A DNA stretch of 64,000 bases from a virus (lineage: Duplodnaviria; Caudoviricetes). The notes beneath the pieces were generated by a model that was not told where the DNA came from, searched no databases, and saw only the letters and a program-made list of their open reading frames with translations. The stretch's first letter is position 1. Each line of letters starts with the position of its first letter. Positions 31,794 to 42,521 of the stretch are shown here, one piece after another. The position numbers and the translations under genes are program-made. The stretch lies in IMG/VR virus record IMGVR_UViG_3300044973_000253, positions 32,001-96,000 of that record. One strand, given 5' to 3'.

Positions 31794-34639
31794 TCCATAT
31801 CTGAATTTGATACATACTTATTGTTATTATAAATATTCTGGGGATTACCTTTCACCTGATAAGGGAACACATCTGCCTGAATATTATCCTGACGCTTGTC
31901 ATATTGTCTTTTTAGGAAAAAATTTATTCTTTTTTCTATATACAGCGATTTGTTAGCATAGGGATAAATTTCCTCTGTGCTGTCGTTTCCCATGCCATTG
32001 GGGTAAATATCCCTCCATACATAAGAAAGTCCTTTGTCGGCTATCAAATTGGCGTTATATGGGATTGTAGAGTATCGTTTGGCATACCTGAACAGATTCG
32101 GATTGGTGTTTATTCTTCCTACAAGAATAGAAAGGGATTCTCCTGTAATCATAGTTTCCCCGTCATAAACAATTCCGTCAAAAGATGTGGTGCTGTTGAC
32201 TTTTATACATGAAATCTTCCATACTTTATCTCCGTAAAAAGATGAATATAAAATAAGCTCGTCATTCAGTTCGGCATAATTGTCATCATAAGTGATAAAA
32301 CGTACCGTGGTATCATTCATTTTAGTTGAATATGCAGAAACAGACAATATCAACGGTCTTTCGGTCTGCTTGTACGAAGATATGCTCCTGACTTTCATCG
32401 CATAGGATGGAGTATAATAATATCCTTCTGGCAAATCACATATATTTGTAGAATATGTAGATGTTTGGCTTGAAAACCCATTCTCGTCATAATCATCACT
32501 AACAACATTGTCAAACGTTATAGAGCTGAAATATTGATATGCCATATCTCCACTGTTAAGTTCTCTTTGAGCGGTATTGAATCTGAAACACATCGGTTGT
32601 ATGGATGTCTCATAATCATCATACGAAGAATAACATACAAGATCATTATAAAACAATCTATCCTGATAAAAATTAATTTCATTTTCGTCTGTGTCTTTTC
32701 TTTTGCCATTTAAATATGATATGCTTTCTCCGCTAAGGACAGAACCGTCCCTGAATAAATTGGAGTCAACAACATTGTTTATTGTATGAATTGATTGGAA
32801 TATCTTATTCCTGTTTTTTTCTGAATGTTCTGACAATTCAAACGCACATGAAACCTTTCCGAATACATGGCTGTATGTTATATTATCTCCAGTTATTACT
32901 ATATTTCTTAAATTTCCATCGCTTTTTATTTTTCCATACCATTCTTTATACCCGTCATTCGCCTTGACTATCGTAAAAAACAACGAAGTCAAAGGTTTTC
33001 CCCTGTTATCTTTAAGATATGCAAATGACGCTAAATCCGTATAGGTTATTTCCGTCATATTGTCACCATATATCGTTGAGGAGAAAGCCAGTCTATCTAT
33101 TTCATTATCAAACACATCAGATACATTATTTCCACTTGGAACAGAACATCTTTGTAAAAAAGAATCATCTTTTACAGTATCTTCATTGACTGGAATATCC
33201 GCATTTTTAAAATTGGGGAGTTTGGCATTTATTCTGACATAATATTCACATGGAATATTGTTATCTATTTTCTTGAACGAAATATCCTGTGCATCATCAT
33301 CCACATTCACATATTCCGAATTATATATTGTATAATATGATGTGATTGAGGTGCTTAATGCGGACAATACATTTCCATCAACAGTATAATATTGTCCTTT
33401 CCCATAAGTGGCAATAACCCCAGTAATTGCCGTATATGATTCTGAATATGCCGAAGGAGACTCATCGTCTTTCTGAACCCAGTTGTTTGATATTGAATCC
33501 GTAGCTTTTATGTAAAAAGAATAATCTTTGGTGCTTTCATATTTATCGGTATCATATACACCTATTCCCTCTACCAATACGTTGTTGAATTTTATTTCAT
33601 CTCCAACATAAATCGAAACCCTATCTCCAACATTCAGTCCATGTTTTGAAACACTATTGAACAAAATATAATTAGAATCAGCAATTTCATCTATATCATT
33701 GATATACAGTGAGTTGGTATTTTGTCTTATAAAAGACAATGAGGTGGTTGAAGAATAAGGATAAGTCAAACAATAATTCCAGTTTTTTTCCGTTCTTTTC
33801 TTATAATCATTCCATTTAGGGCTAAAATCAAAAAGATCTTTTTCTGGAAACAGATTTATGAAATCATAACTGTTCTTGTTGTTTAGTGTAGCATTAATAT
33901 GTAGCTGATTCTGTGTGGCTGATGAAGAAGGATTCATGGATATGCTATTATAAAATCCCATCCATCCCTCTTTCTCTTTTAAACAGTTGGAATAAGTTTC
34001 AAGAGGTGTATATATTTCTTCCGAAATAAACAGATGTGTCGGTTGCAGATCAGATGATGTAACATCAAGATAATCCGTTATGTCGGACCCGTCATCCTCT
34101 CTTGCCATATCCATCAATGTATTGAATGTACCGCTTGTATTTTTGTCTTTCATCATACATACGGTTTTGTATGATAAGGTCCGCAAATGATAATTATTCA
34201 GCATGTCTATTCCGCAATGATAAGTAAGAGCACTGCTATTTGAAAGCTGGGTGTCCCTTATCATTTCTTCTTTATTCCAATTAAAATTAGAACCTTTATA
34301 TATTATAGCTGGAGAAGATGCGGATATCTCATTAGTCATATCCGTCATTTCTTTGGTACTCATATAAGATATGTTTGATGCTGAATTTGATCCTTCTCTA
34401 AACACTATTTCTGTCGCATTATTGAAAAGGACATTGGAGCATACAGGATAAACATCGACATTAAGTCTAACATCTGTACATGCAGAACGCTCGTTGTCAT
34501 ATACCTTGCTTTGACTTAATATGGATGTGATATATTCGGTATCGATCAGTTTTCCTTCCTGCTCGATATGAACTGGTATATCCATATTTTCATTATTTCC
34601 TCGCAGGGATTTTGATTTTGAAAGAAGAATATCGTACAT
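31781..34639 (-). CDS. putative structural protein
   Basis: 952-aa ORF within the structural operon. Confidence 0.7.
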   Translation of the reverse strand: MYDILLSKSKSLRGNNENMDIPVHIEQEGKLIDTEYITSILSQSKVYDNERSACTDVRLNVDVYPVCSNVLFNNATEIVFREGSNSASNISYMSTKEMTDMTNEISASSPAIIYKGSNFNWNKEEMIRDTQLSNSSALTYHCGIDMLNNYHLRTLSYKTVCMMKDKNTSGTFNTLMDMAREDDGSDITDYLDVTSSDLQPTHLFISEEIYTPLETYSNCLKEKEGWMGFYNSISMNPSSSATQNQLHINATLNNKNSYDFINLFPEKDLFDFSPKWNDYKKRTEKNWNYCLTYPYSSTTSLSFIRQNTNSLYINDIDEIADSNYILFNSVSKHGLNVGDRVSIYVGDEIKFNNVLVEGIGVYDTDKYESTKDYSFYIKATDSISNNWVQKDDESPSAYSESYTAITGVIATYGKGQYYTVDGNVLSALSTSITSYYTIYNSEYVNVDDDAQDISFKKIDNNIPCEYYVRINAKLPNFKNADIPVNEDTVKDDSFLQRCSVPSGNNVSDVFDNEIDRLAFSSTIYGDNMTEITYTDLASFAYLKDNRGKPLTSLFFTIVKANDGYKEWYGKIKSDGNLRNIVITGDNITYSHVFGKVSCAFELSEHSEKNRNKIFQSIHTINNVVDSNLFRDGSVLSGESISYLNGKRKDTDENEINFYQDRLFYNDLVCYSSYDDYETSIQPMCFRFNTAQRELNSGDMAYQYFSSITFDNVVSDDYDENGFSSQTSTYSTNICDLPEGYYYTPSYAMKVRSISSYKQTERPLILSVSAYSTKMNDTTVRFITYDDNYAELNDELILYSSFYGDKVWKISCIKVNSTTSFDGIVYDGETMITGESLSILVGRINTNPNLFRYAKRYSTIPYNANLIADKGLSYVWRDIYPNGMGNDSTEEIYPYANKSLYIEKRINFFLKRQYDKRQDNIQADVFPYQVKGNPQNIYNNNKYVSNSDMECII

Positions 34640-34649
34640 GTTTTAATAT

Positions 34650-37600
34650 TTAAAATTCCACCACATATTTGGTGATGATGTTATTAGTGGAAGCTGAGCC
34701 ATAATAATAATAAGCAAAACTTCCGACTGCGGAAATAACTGCAGTTGCGACCTTGTCCTGAATTGAAAAATAAACCTTTGTTCCATCAGACTTGTAATAA
34801 TAATAGTTTTCAGAACTTCCTGTTATATTGATATATTTGGTCTTTCCGTCTGACGACTGGCTTGTACTTAATAAATCAGAAGGCACATATTCTCTATCAG
34901 TCAAGAAATAACTTAAAGGGACAAAATGTATCATATACAAATCCTTTCTCAAATGATCCGATTGAGAATTTCCGTTAAAGTATCTTCTTATCAGCATTAC
35001 ACGGACTTTCTTGATATCATTATAACTGTATTTCGTTATCAAGTTGTTTACACTCATATAAGAATTTATATCATTACTGAATGAACTCATTGATATAAAA
35101 TCATTTACAACAGATAACGAATTGCCTGTATAAGAAAGAGTGAACGATGAAAATATGTTATTTTTATATATTGAATACATTTTCATTGTTCCCTTGTCTG
35201 CCATTTTATCAACATTTGCAGCTATTTCGTTACTGATAACTCCAGACAATTCGGTTGTGAATGTATCTGCAGATTCATATAGACTTGTAATAGAAGAAGA
35301 TATGGTAACAAACGGAATTATATATGAATTGGATATATCATTAACAAACGGGAAGCCGATTCCTATAATATTGGTGCTGTCATTAAAGTTGTATTTGTAA
35401 TTATAAACATCTATATTGTTTCCTATGGTCTTAATATCATATTCTGGAATATTATAATCAGAATAAGTAACCACCCTTGAGTAATCTATCACGTCATCAT
35501 TATTAAGTGTGACAGGAACAGTGATAAGCTCCGTGTTACCCGCCTGAGCATTGGCTACAATAGAATTTTGAGTAACTATTGGATTCAATTCATTTGAGCA
35601 ATCTGTAATCTTTATTTCCATATTCCCCGTTCTTAGTGTCAAGGCCTGTTTGGAATTGAGCGTCTTGACTATCTGTGTGAATAATGGTTTGGAATCATAT
35701 TCATTGTTGCTTATTACACTTTCTTTGGTAATCGCAGAATTGTTTATTTCCATATCATACAGATATCCTTTCTTCTTGCTCGGATTTGTAAGGGTTGATG
35801 ATGATATATAATATTCACAATATTCTGTATATGAACTACTTATAACATTTTTTGTATTTGATGAATCATCAATATCATATCCCATATAATTTCCATTATA
35901 TATATTCAAAACAAATGGGACAGATGCTTCTGCTGATGTATTTTCGTCTATCTTTGGAATACAAAACATTTCATAAGACAATCTCTTGTCAATGGTTAGT
36001 GCTGAAAACCAATCCACTATCAGATTTCTGTCTATTGCTGTATATGTTTTTTCTATCTGATTGGATGTAGGTATTTTCATATATTCAGGAGACTTTAACG
36101 TGGTCACTCCATCTCCAGATGCTACCACTCCCATATAATATCCATTGGTCCCATATCCGTTATAAAAAGGATTTTTGATATATTCCAATTTTTCAGCAAC
36201 AGGACTCAATTCATTGGTATATACCTGATCTGAATCTGAATATGTCATACTGCTATATATGGTAATCGGATGCTCCGTTGTAACGCTCTTCATATAAGAA
36301 TATCCATTGACCACATCTGGATAAGAGCCATAAATATTCATATATTTATCTGTTCCCATTCCATAAGACGCTATCGCATCGGATTCATTAACATCATTAG
36401 AGAAAAATGGAGCAAAAGAATAATAAGATATTGATGAATATGCAGCATCAAGTGTATTGCAGTCATATCCAATCATCGCAGTCTTATTGTTGCTGTCTGT
36501 TATCTGAAACACCTTTCTCATTTCGGTTATATAAGATAATTTATAAGCGCAATAAATGAGATTATTGGTATCTTTAGTATAATCATATCCTGTAATGAAT
36601 TCACTTCTATTTGCAGGCTTTATGTCCTGATAAACAGACACATCTCCAAGTCTTTGTATCTTATCGGCAATAGTAAGATTTGTATTTCCAGTATTGATAA
36701 CATAAGGAATGGAAAACTCATTGACGGTAAGTTTGAAATATTCGAATTCATTTATATATGCAGATATTGTTCCAGTCTCTTCATTAATTGCCGTTTCAAA
36801 ATTAGGATTGCAATAACTGTACATTTGAAATATTTTATTCCCTGCTTCATTAAAATATACCAACAAATTGTTATTCTGCATGGAAACAGAAGCAATGGAT
36901 GAATCACAAACCAATTTGACATATTTCAACACCTTTGGGTCCGATGATAAAGAAACAGTTAAATTGATATATTTTCCTTTGTTTTCATTGATAGAGTTAA
37001 TATTATATGTAAGTCCATTGATTGAAAATGAAGATATGGAAATATACCCTCCATTGATGATATCCGAGTTTCCATTAATCAATGATGAACTTTTAACCTT
37101 AAAATCATACGCAGTCAATGATGCCGAATTTGTAGCAAGAGTCATGTCAATATTGGCTGCCGTTTTGGAACCATACTTATCCTCAACCACCAATTTATAA
37201 GCATGATATCCAATATTTCCTCCTCCATACAACTTAATTCCGTTTGATGTAACAAAAGTTCCTGTCATTGAAAATGCCGTTTTCTCACAATTCTTATATT
37301 GCATAACAGTATTCCCATTTTCATCAACAATATAAAATGAATATGGAGTATTGATATTTGTAAGAGTTACAGTTATCTCGTTTTTGGCCGTATCACAATC
37401 ATATATTTCAGTGGAAACAAGTATTGATGCTCCATATTTTTGGTCTGGAATACAATCTGAATAATACTTATCTCTAAATTGTTCAATAGCCGTTTTACCC
37501 TCTTTTAATCCAAAATAGAAATAAAATGAATTGTTATATAAAGGAGCTGCGTTATTTGAAAGATAGAATTTAGCAGTATCTCCTCCAAATCTGAATTTTG

Positions 37601-40268
37601 AATAAGATTCCGATTCTGATTCCGATTTAATTCCAAGTCCATTTACACCCAATGCTCCATTGAAATTTGACGGATATTTATAGGCATATACATATTTTTT
37701 CTGTCCTGTAATAATATCAAATAAAGTGGCATTCAATGGATTGTAATTCATTGAAGCGAATTGACTTCTAATATCATTGTTGTATATTTCCGTTTTTGTA
37801 ATATAGCCATCAGCCTTGTTAAGAACAAACGAACCGTTATTTGAAAATTCATATTTGCTCATATCCAATTCTGTTCCCAATTCACATATTCTTTGAGCAT
37901 TTAGTGTTCCCTGTTTGATAATGCTGTAAGATGTACATCCTATACTATAAAACAGTCCTTTTTTATCTCTTCTGTCATCCATTCCTGTAACCAGAACAGT
38001 ATCGTTAGGATAAGTAACACCACTTAATGTATCCTGCTCGTTTTTGTTTCCTCCGTTGTGTTCTATCGAAGATGTTATAGGAGGCATGTTTGACGTGGTT
38101 GGAGGAAGATATTTGAACAACTGCCCTATTCCGTCACTATCATTGGATGATAGGCTTCCAAGCAATATAAGGTCGGTGGAAAACAATCTGTAATATTTTT
38201 TACTTTCGTTTATCATGCCACAAGCATAATAATAGATATCCAGATTGTCTTTGTTTTTGAAATCTTTTATAACTCCATTAACAAAAGACGTGCTTTTTGT
38301 TCCCACATCACCCGTCTGTTTCTTTCCTTTAAAGACATAATCCCACAAATAGACCAGACTGTTTTTAAAATGAAAATCACATCCGCAATATCTATTTATA
38401 GCCTTTTTTGAAAATAATCCCCATAACCATTTCCTTTTTTTCTTTTTCATCCAATGCCATACAGGAAAATACAATGTACCATTCAGCCAATCATTGCTGA
38501 AATCCATATTTACAGCATCATACTCTGTCGCCAACGCATCCTGAATATCATCAGATAACGTTTTGGTGTTTCTTGTGCATATTTTATCCTTGTTTTTTGC
38601 CTTTGTCGTTTCCCACATCGTTGCTCCGTCACAGCCAGGAAAATACGCCTTTACTTCTGTATCATCCTCATTGATGCTAAAACTTGATACAAAAGCAATA
38701 CATTTAAGAGCAATAATACCGTTTTTTCCAAATGGACTCCATGTCCAGATATGAGGGATTCTGATTACAAACAATTCCATAAGATTAGACCAGAATTCAT
38801 TGATAGCAGTAATGATATCAATGACTATCATAAGCAGTATGCACAATACTCTATAAGAAAAATTCAAACGTATGGACACTACATTATACGGCAATGAATT
38901 GTTGGCTCCAGCCGTGTTTGCTGTTTTTAATCCTATAAAAGATCTGCTGCTTGAATATGTGGAAGCATCAATGCGAGGAATGAAAGACTTTATGGAATAA
39001 ACTTTATTCCAACATATATCCCTAAAATTGGAATCATCCGTATTGCTTCCAAAAGTATAAAATGAATCATCCGTATCTAAACTTGTATTTTTTAATGCCA
39101 CAGTGGAACCAGAATTCAATTCTGGATTATTGGGAATAAGATATTTAGCCCTAAACCTTGAACTTCCATCATCCGAAAGATTATCCATGCTAATTCTGAA
39201 TCTTACTCTGCATCGTGTGGCTATTCCCTCGTTCGGATTATCAGAAGGACTTATATTGCCCTCCTCATCTGTTTTGATATAATCAAGGTTCATTGGAATC
39301 TGATAGCACCATACTCCATCTCCGTCTATGACTCTTCCTCCTTTTACCGAAAACTCTTCCACATAACCATCCGTGGTCTTCCGTATCATTTCTATGGTTC
39401 CATTTCCTGTTACAAGATTTCCGTTTTTTCCTGCATTTGCAGACGCCACACATCTATCTCCTATGGCATGATTGGTGGTATCTGTAATAACAGAACCGAT
39501 AAAAACGCATGTTGGCTCAAATTCATAATTCAAGTCAACGTCATTTCTTGTTATTGCAATATCATCACTATTTGTATCTCCCCAAAACGGATACACATAA
39601 ACACTCTGATTCTGACTTATTATCTGCACCAAAGAATCAATATTTGTGGATTCCTTGAACTGATTGGAATTCTTGAACAGGTTTTCATTATATCCTTTAT
39701 AATAAAAATCTCTTGGACGTTGAGACAACATACCAATATCGGACAAATCACAATCTACATGTACGGACTGGTTTCCGACAGGAATTCCATAAAGCATATA
39801 GTCTCCTGCTTTATTTGTTCTGGTGGTATATTTATAATATTTATCAAATACTTCTATATAACTCTCATTATCAAGAACATATCTTTTATCTGGGAATGTT
39901 CCAACATTGGCATGACAATCATCGTCTGATACTTGTTCCATAAGGTTGTATCTGACATCTGTATTGTCATTTTTGGTTGACGTATTTTTGTAAGGATAAA
40001 TATCTCTGATATTTGACAAAAACGAGTCGTTACCGTCAATAGGAATAAAGACAGAAACCCTTACATTCTCCACACCAAATGCTTTGTTGGCTAATATTCT
40101 GCCGACAATAACCCCATAATTGGATGACTTTATCACATACGCATCTTGCTGTTTCAACTCCATTGACAAAATCTGAAACAATCCGATATCCGAATTCAAA
40201 TTGATATTCAGCATTTTGTCTTTCCCTATCTCTGTATGTATCCTGTATTTTTTTGTCAAACTATCCAT
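34650..40268 (-). CDS. large putative tail/baseplate protein
   Basis: 1872 aa; N-terminal GVIVGRI..GVENVRVSVF / TN.AGDYMLYGIP (carboxypeptidase-regulatory-like); one internal hydrophobic helix. Confidence 0.7.
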   Translation of the reverse strand: MDSLTKKYRIHTEIGKDKMLNINLNSDIGLFQILSMELKQQDAYVIKSSNYGVIVGRILANKAFGVENVRVSVFIPIDGNDSFLSNIRDIYPYKNTSTKNDNTDVRYNLMEQVSDDDCHANVGTFPDKRYVLDNESYIEVFDKYYKYTTRTNKAGDYMLYGIPVGNQSVHVDCDLSDIGMLSQRPRDFYYKGYNENLFKNSNQFKESTNIDSLVQIISQNQSVYVYPFWGDTNSDDIAITRNDVDLNYEFEPTCVFIGSVITDTTNHAIGDRCVASANAGKNGNLVTGNGTIEMIRKTTDGYVEEFSVKGGRVIDGDGVWCYQIPMNLDYIKTDEEGNISPSDNPNEGIATRCRVRFRISMDNLSDDGSSRFRAKYLIPNNPELNSGSTVALKNTSLDTDDSFYTFGSNTDDSNFRDICWNKVYSIKSFIPRIDASTYSSSRSFIGLKTANTAGANNSLPYNVVSIRLNFSYRVLCILLMIVIDIITAINEFWSNLMELFVIRIPHIWTWSPFGKNGIIALKCIAFVSSFSINEDDTEVKAYFPGCDGATMWETTKAKNKDKICTRNTKTLSDDIQDALATEYDAVNMDFSNDWLNGTLYFPVWHWMKKKKRKWLWGLFSKKAINRYCGCDFHFKNSLVYLWDYVFKGKKQTGDVGTKSTSFVNGVIKDFKNKDNLDIYYYACGMINESKKYYRLFSTDLILLGSLSSNDSDGIGQLFKYLPPTTSNMPPITSSIEHNGGNKNEQDTLSGVTYPNDTVLVTGMDDRRDKKGLFYSIGCTSYSIIKQGTLNAQRICELGTELDMSKYEFSNNGSFVLNKADGYITKTEIYNNDIRSQFASMNYNPLNATLFDIITGQKKYVYAYKYPSNFNGALGVNGLGIKSESESESYSKFRFGGDTAKFYLSNNAAPLYNNSFYFYFGLKEGKTAIEQFRDKYYSDCIPDQKYGASILVSTEIYDCDTAKNEITVTLTNINTPYSFYIVDENGNTVMQYKNCEKTAFSMTGTFVTSNGIKLYGGGNIGYHAYKLVVEDKYGSKTAANIDMTLATNSASLTAYDFKVKSSSLINGNSDIINGGYISISSFSINGLTYNINSINENKGKYINLTVSLSSDPKVLKYVKLVCDSSIASVSMQNNNLLVYFNEAGNKIFQMYSYCNPNFETAINEETGTISAYINEFEYFKLTVNEFSIPYVINTGNTNLTIADKIQRLGDVSVYQDIKPANRSEFITGYDYTKDTNNLIYCAYKLSYITEMRKVFQITDSNNKTAMIGYDCNTLDAAYSSISYYSFAPFFSNDVNESDAIASYGMGTDKYMNIYGSYPDVVNGYSYMKSVTTEHPITIYSSMTYSDSDQVYTNELSPVAEKLEYIKNPFYNGYGTNGYYMGVVASGDGVTTLKSPEYMKIPTSNQIEKTYTAIDRNLIVDWFSALTIDKRLSYEMFCIPKIDENTSAEASVPFVLNIYNGNYMGYDIDDSSNTKNVISSSYTEYCEYYISSSTLTNPSKKKGYLYDMEINNSAITKESVISNNEYDSKPLFTQIVKTLNSKQALTLRTGNMEIKITDCSNELNPIVTQNSIVANAQAGNTELITVPVTLNNDDVIDYSRVVTYSDYNIPEYDIKTIGNNIDVYNYKYNFNDSTNIIGIGFPFVNDISNSYIIPFVTISSSITSLYESADTFTTELSGVISNEIAANVDKMADKGTMKMYSIYKNNIFSSFTLSYTGNSLSVVNDFISMSSFSNDINSYMSVNNLITKYSYNDIKKVRVMLIRRYFNGNSQSDHLRKDLYMIHFVPLSYFLTDREYVPSDLLSTSQSSDGKTKYINITGSSENYYYYKSDGTKVYFSIQDKVATAVISAVGSFAYYYYGSASTNNIITKYVVEF

Positions 40269-40278
40269 AAGATCTATC

Positions 40279-40557
40279 TTATTTGTTATTTTCTATTATT
40301 GCAAACATTTTATTAGGTAGTACGATAACTGGTCGTTTATATACAAACAAACCATATATCAAAGATATTACAACATAAACAAAAACGAGAGGGAACATGA
40401 ATACAAACAATATGTACATACCGACTGTTTTTATTCTTGCAATATCTTTTTGCAATGATGTGTTTCCCTGTTTGCGTTCATCCTCATAAAAAGAATATTT
40501 ATGTATATGCTTTACAGCCTCTTCTATCTTCTTTTGTGATTTGCAGTTACAACTCAT
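40279..40557 (-). CDS. small membrane protein (MSCNCK...)
   Basis: 92 aa with a long hydrophobic segment; TATTTAT at 40584-40590 upstream. Confidence 0.7.
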   Translation of the reverse strand: MSCNCKSQKKIEEAVKHIHKYSFYEDERKQGNTSLQKDIARIKTVGMYILFVFMFPLVFVYVVISLIYGLFVYKRPVIVLPNKMFAIIENNK

Positions 40558-40666
40558 TTTTATTAAAAATTAATGTTCTTATGATAAATAGATAGCGAAA
40601 AAAAAGCCTGGGGATTTATTATATCCACAGACTTCCATTAATTTTATTTTTTTATTAGTTATAAAA

Positions 40667-41053
40667 TCAAAGAGAACATTCAATTGTAAGCGTTTCATAG
40701 GCGTCAAGCCAATGCTTATGCATCTGCTTATACCTCTCTTGCCACAACTCATTGAATCCTGCAAAATTTAGCCGAGTTTTTTTCAGATTAAATCTATCCT
40801 TAAGATCACTGGCTATTTTCTGTGCTTCATCATTATGAACACCATAACGCCATCCTTCTAAATATACAATGAACTTATTTGGATCTTGATGATAACACGA
40901 AACATCATATCCTTCTTTTATTAATCTTAATACTATTAGGTTTCGTCTTTCTTCAATATCTTCATTCCCTGACATATCATCCTCTATTGCCTCGTTGACA
41001 GCGTTTCTGATTATTCTGTGGAGCTGTCCCTCCGTTAGTCTTACTCTTCTCAT
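40667..41053 (-). CDS. leader-bearing cassette protein 1 (putative internal head protein)
   Basis: True start is probably MRRVRLTEGQLHRIIRNAVNE at 41053, by alignment with the paralogous leaders. Confidence 0.8.
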   Translation of the reverse strand: MRRVRLTEGQLHRIIRNAVNEAIEDDMSGNEDIEERRNLIVLRLIKEGYDVSCYHQDPNKFIVYLEGWRYGVHNDEAQKIASDLKDRFNLKKTRLNFAGFNELWQERYKQMHKHWLDAYETLTIECSL

Positions 41054-41190
41054 ATTTTTATTTCTTTTCCTATAAATATCTGCAAAATTATGATAATTCG
41101 CCACCACCCTGCAAATACCGTGCCAGACGTAAAACAATGTCAAAATATTTACACAAAAAAAAGCGGAAAAACTGTTACGTTCCCCCGCTT
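41054..41190 (-). repeat. cassette repeat copy (terminator + composite promoter)
   Basis: On +: ataaatatctgcaaaatt..gcaaataccgtgccagacgtaaaacaatgtcaaaatatttacacaaaaaaaagcggaaaaactgttacgtt..ccgctt. Confidence 0.9.
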
Positions 41191-41214
41191 GTTATTATAC
41201 TCTATCAAACAAAA

Positions 41215-41853
41215 TTATTGCAGCTGATAAACTTTAAACATCTCACCGTCAATTACTGGCTCTCCTATTTTTTCTCCAAGTATGGAATAGTTGTTGTTAT
41301 AAGATGTTCCTTCTTGTTCTGCAAGCTCATAAATGTCTATTAGTTCTGGACTATCTTCTATCAATTTCATCAGACAAGGACCATCACCTCCTTCGGATTC
41401 TTTTTCTCCAAAATAGTTGATATAGATATCGACAGGATCTGTTTCCTCCTCCTCGTCAACATTTATTCCATTATCCTCCAATATATTAGTAAGTTTTTCC
41501 TTGTCTATGTATGGTTCAAGATAGTCAAAATTATCCTTATTCTCACCTGTATAATTGTGGATAAATGTATCAGGGTCCTGCTCAAACATGGTTATCAGCT
41601 GTTTTACACATTCCTGATAATCTTCCGTTCCTGCAAACACATAATACGTATCACCTTCGCACTCAAACTGAATGTTATTTCCATTATCAGCATTTGTTAT
41701 GCTATCAGCATCAACATCAAGTACTTCGGCCAATGCCTGCGCCTTATCTGCGTCAACATATTCATGATAACTTCCATCATCCTCCAATTCCTCGTTAACG
41801 GCGTGTCTAATTATTCTGTGGAGATTCCTCTCCGTTAATCTTAATATTCTCAT
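41215..41853 (-). CDS. leader-bearing acidic protein
   Basis: Leader MRILRLTERNLHRIIRHAVNE; very D/E-rich; paralog of 41879-42499. Confidence 0.85.
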   Translation of the reverse strand: MRILRLTERNLHRIIRHAVNEELEDDGSYHEYVDADKAQALAEVLDVDADSITNADNGNNIQFECEGDTYYVFAGTEDYQECVKQLITMFEQDPDTFIHNYTGENKDNFDYLEPYIDKEKLTNILEDNGINVDEEEETDPVDIYINYFGEKESEGGDGPCLMKLIEDSPELIDIYELAEQEGTSYNNNYSILGEKIGEPVIDGEMFKVYQLQ

Positions 41854-41878
41854 ATTTCTTTACTTTTTATTCCGATTT

Positions 41879-42499
41879 TTAATCTATTTTATAAACATAA
41901 TATCTTTCATCATCAACAACAGGTTCTCCAATCTTTTCTCCCAATATAGCATAATTGCTGCCATAAGAATCTCTCGCATGTTCTATAATAGTATCAACAT
42001 TTAACAAATATGGATTTTCGGTAATCAAATCCATAAGACAAGGATTATTTGGATCTTCCGTTTTTGTTTCTCCAAAATATTTAATATAGATGTCAATTGG
42101 ATCTTCATCTTCTTCTGCATTAACATCTATTCCATAATTATTTATCAATATAGCATCAATCTGGTCACGATTAATCAATGGTTCTAAATTCTCAAAATTA
42201 TCTGAATTTTTACCAATATAATCATAAAGAAACGATTCTGGATCTTCATCAAATAATTCCATCAATTTATCATAACACTTTTGGGCATCTTCATCGAGTG
42301 CAAATACATAATAATCATCCCCATCATACTCATATTCCATATTGTCATCATCGTTATCTACACATGAGATGTCATTCATATTTACATTCAGCACTTTGGC
42401 TAATGCCTTTCGTCTATAATAGGAAGGATCATTAAAATTTTCTTTAAGAATATGATTGATACTTTCTCTCAATATTCTTGAAATATAATTCCGTTTCAT
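41879..42499 (-). CDS. acidic protein with variant leader
   Basis: Leader MKRNYISRILRESINHILKE; shares ALA.VL.V, YYVFA, DP.DIYI.YFGE and ILGEKIGEPV with its neighbour. Confidence 0.85.
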   Translation of the reverse strand: MKRNYISRILRESINHILKENFNDPSYYRRKALAKVLNVNMNDISCVDNDDDNMEYEYDGDDYYVFALDEDAQKCYDKLMELFDEDPESFLYDYIGKNSDNFENLEPLINRDQIDAILINNYGIDVNAEEDEDPIDIYIKYFGETKTEDPNNPCLMDLITENPYLLNVDTIIEHARDSYGSNYAILGEKIGEPVVDDERYYVYKID

Positions 42500-42521
42500 T
42501 TTTTTTATTTATTTTATTCTT

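Noticed and set aside
41138-41143. TTGACA -35 box in the repeat
   Set aside because: No TATAAT-like -10 at 16-18 nt spacing, and the box is not conserved in all copies.
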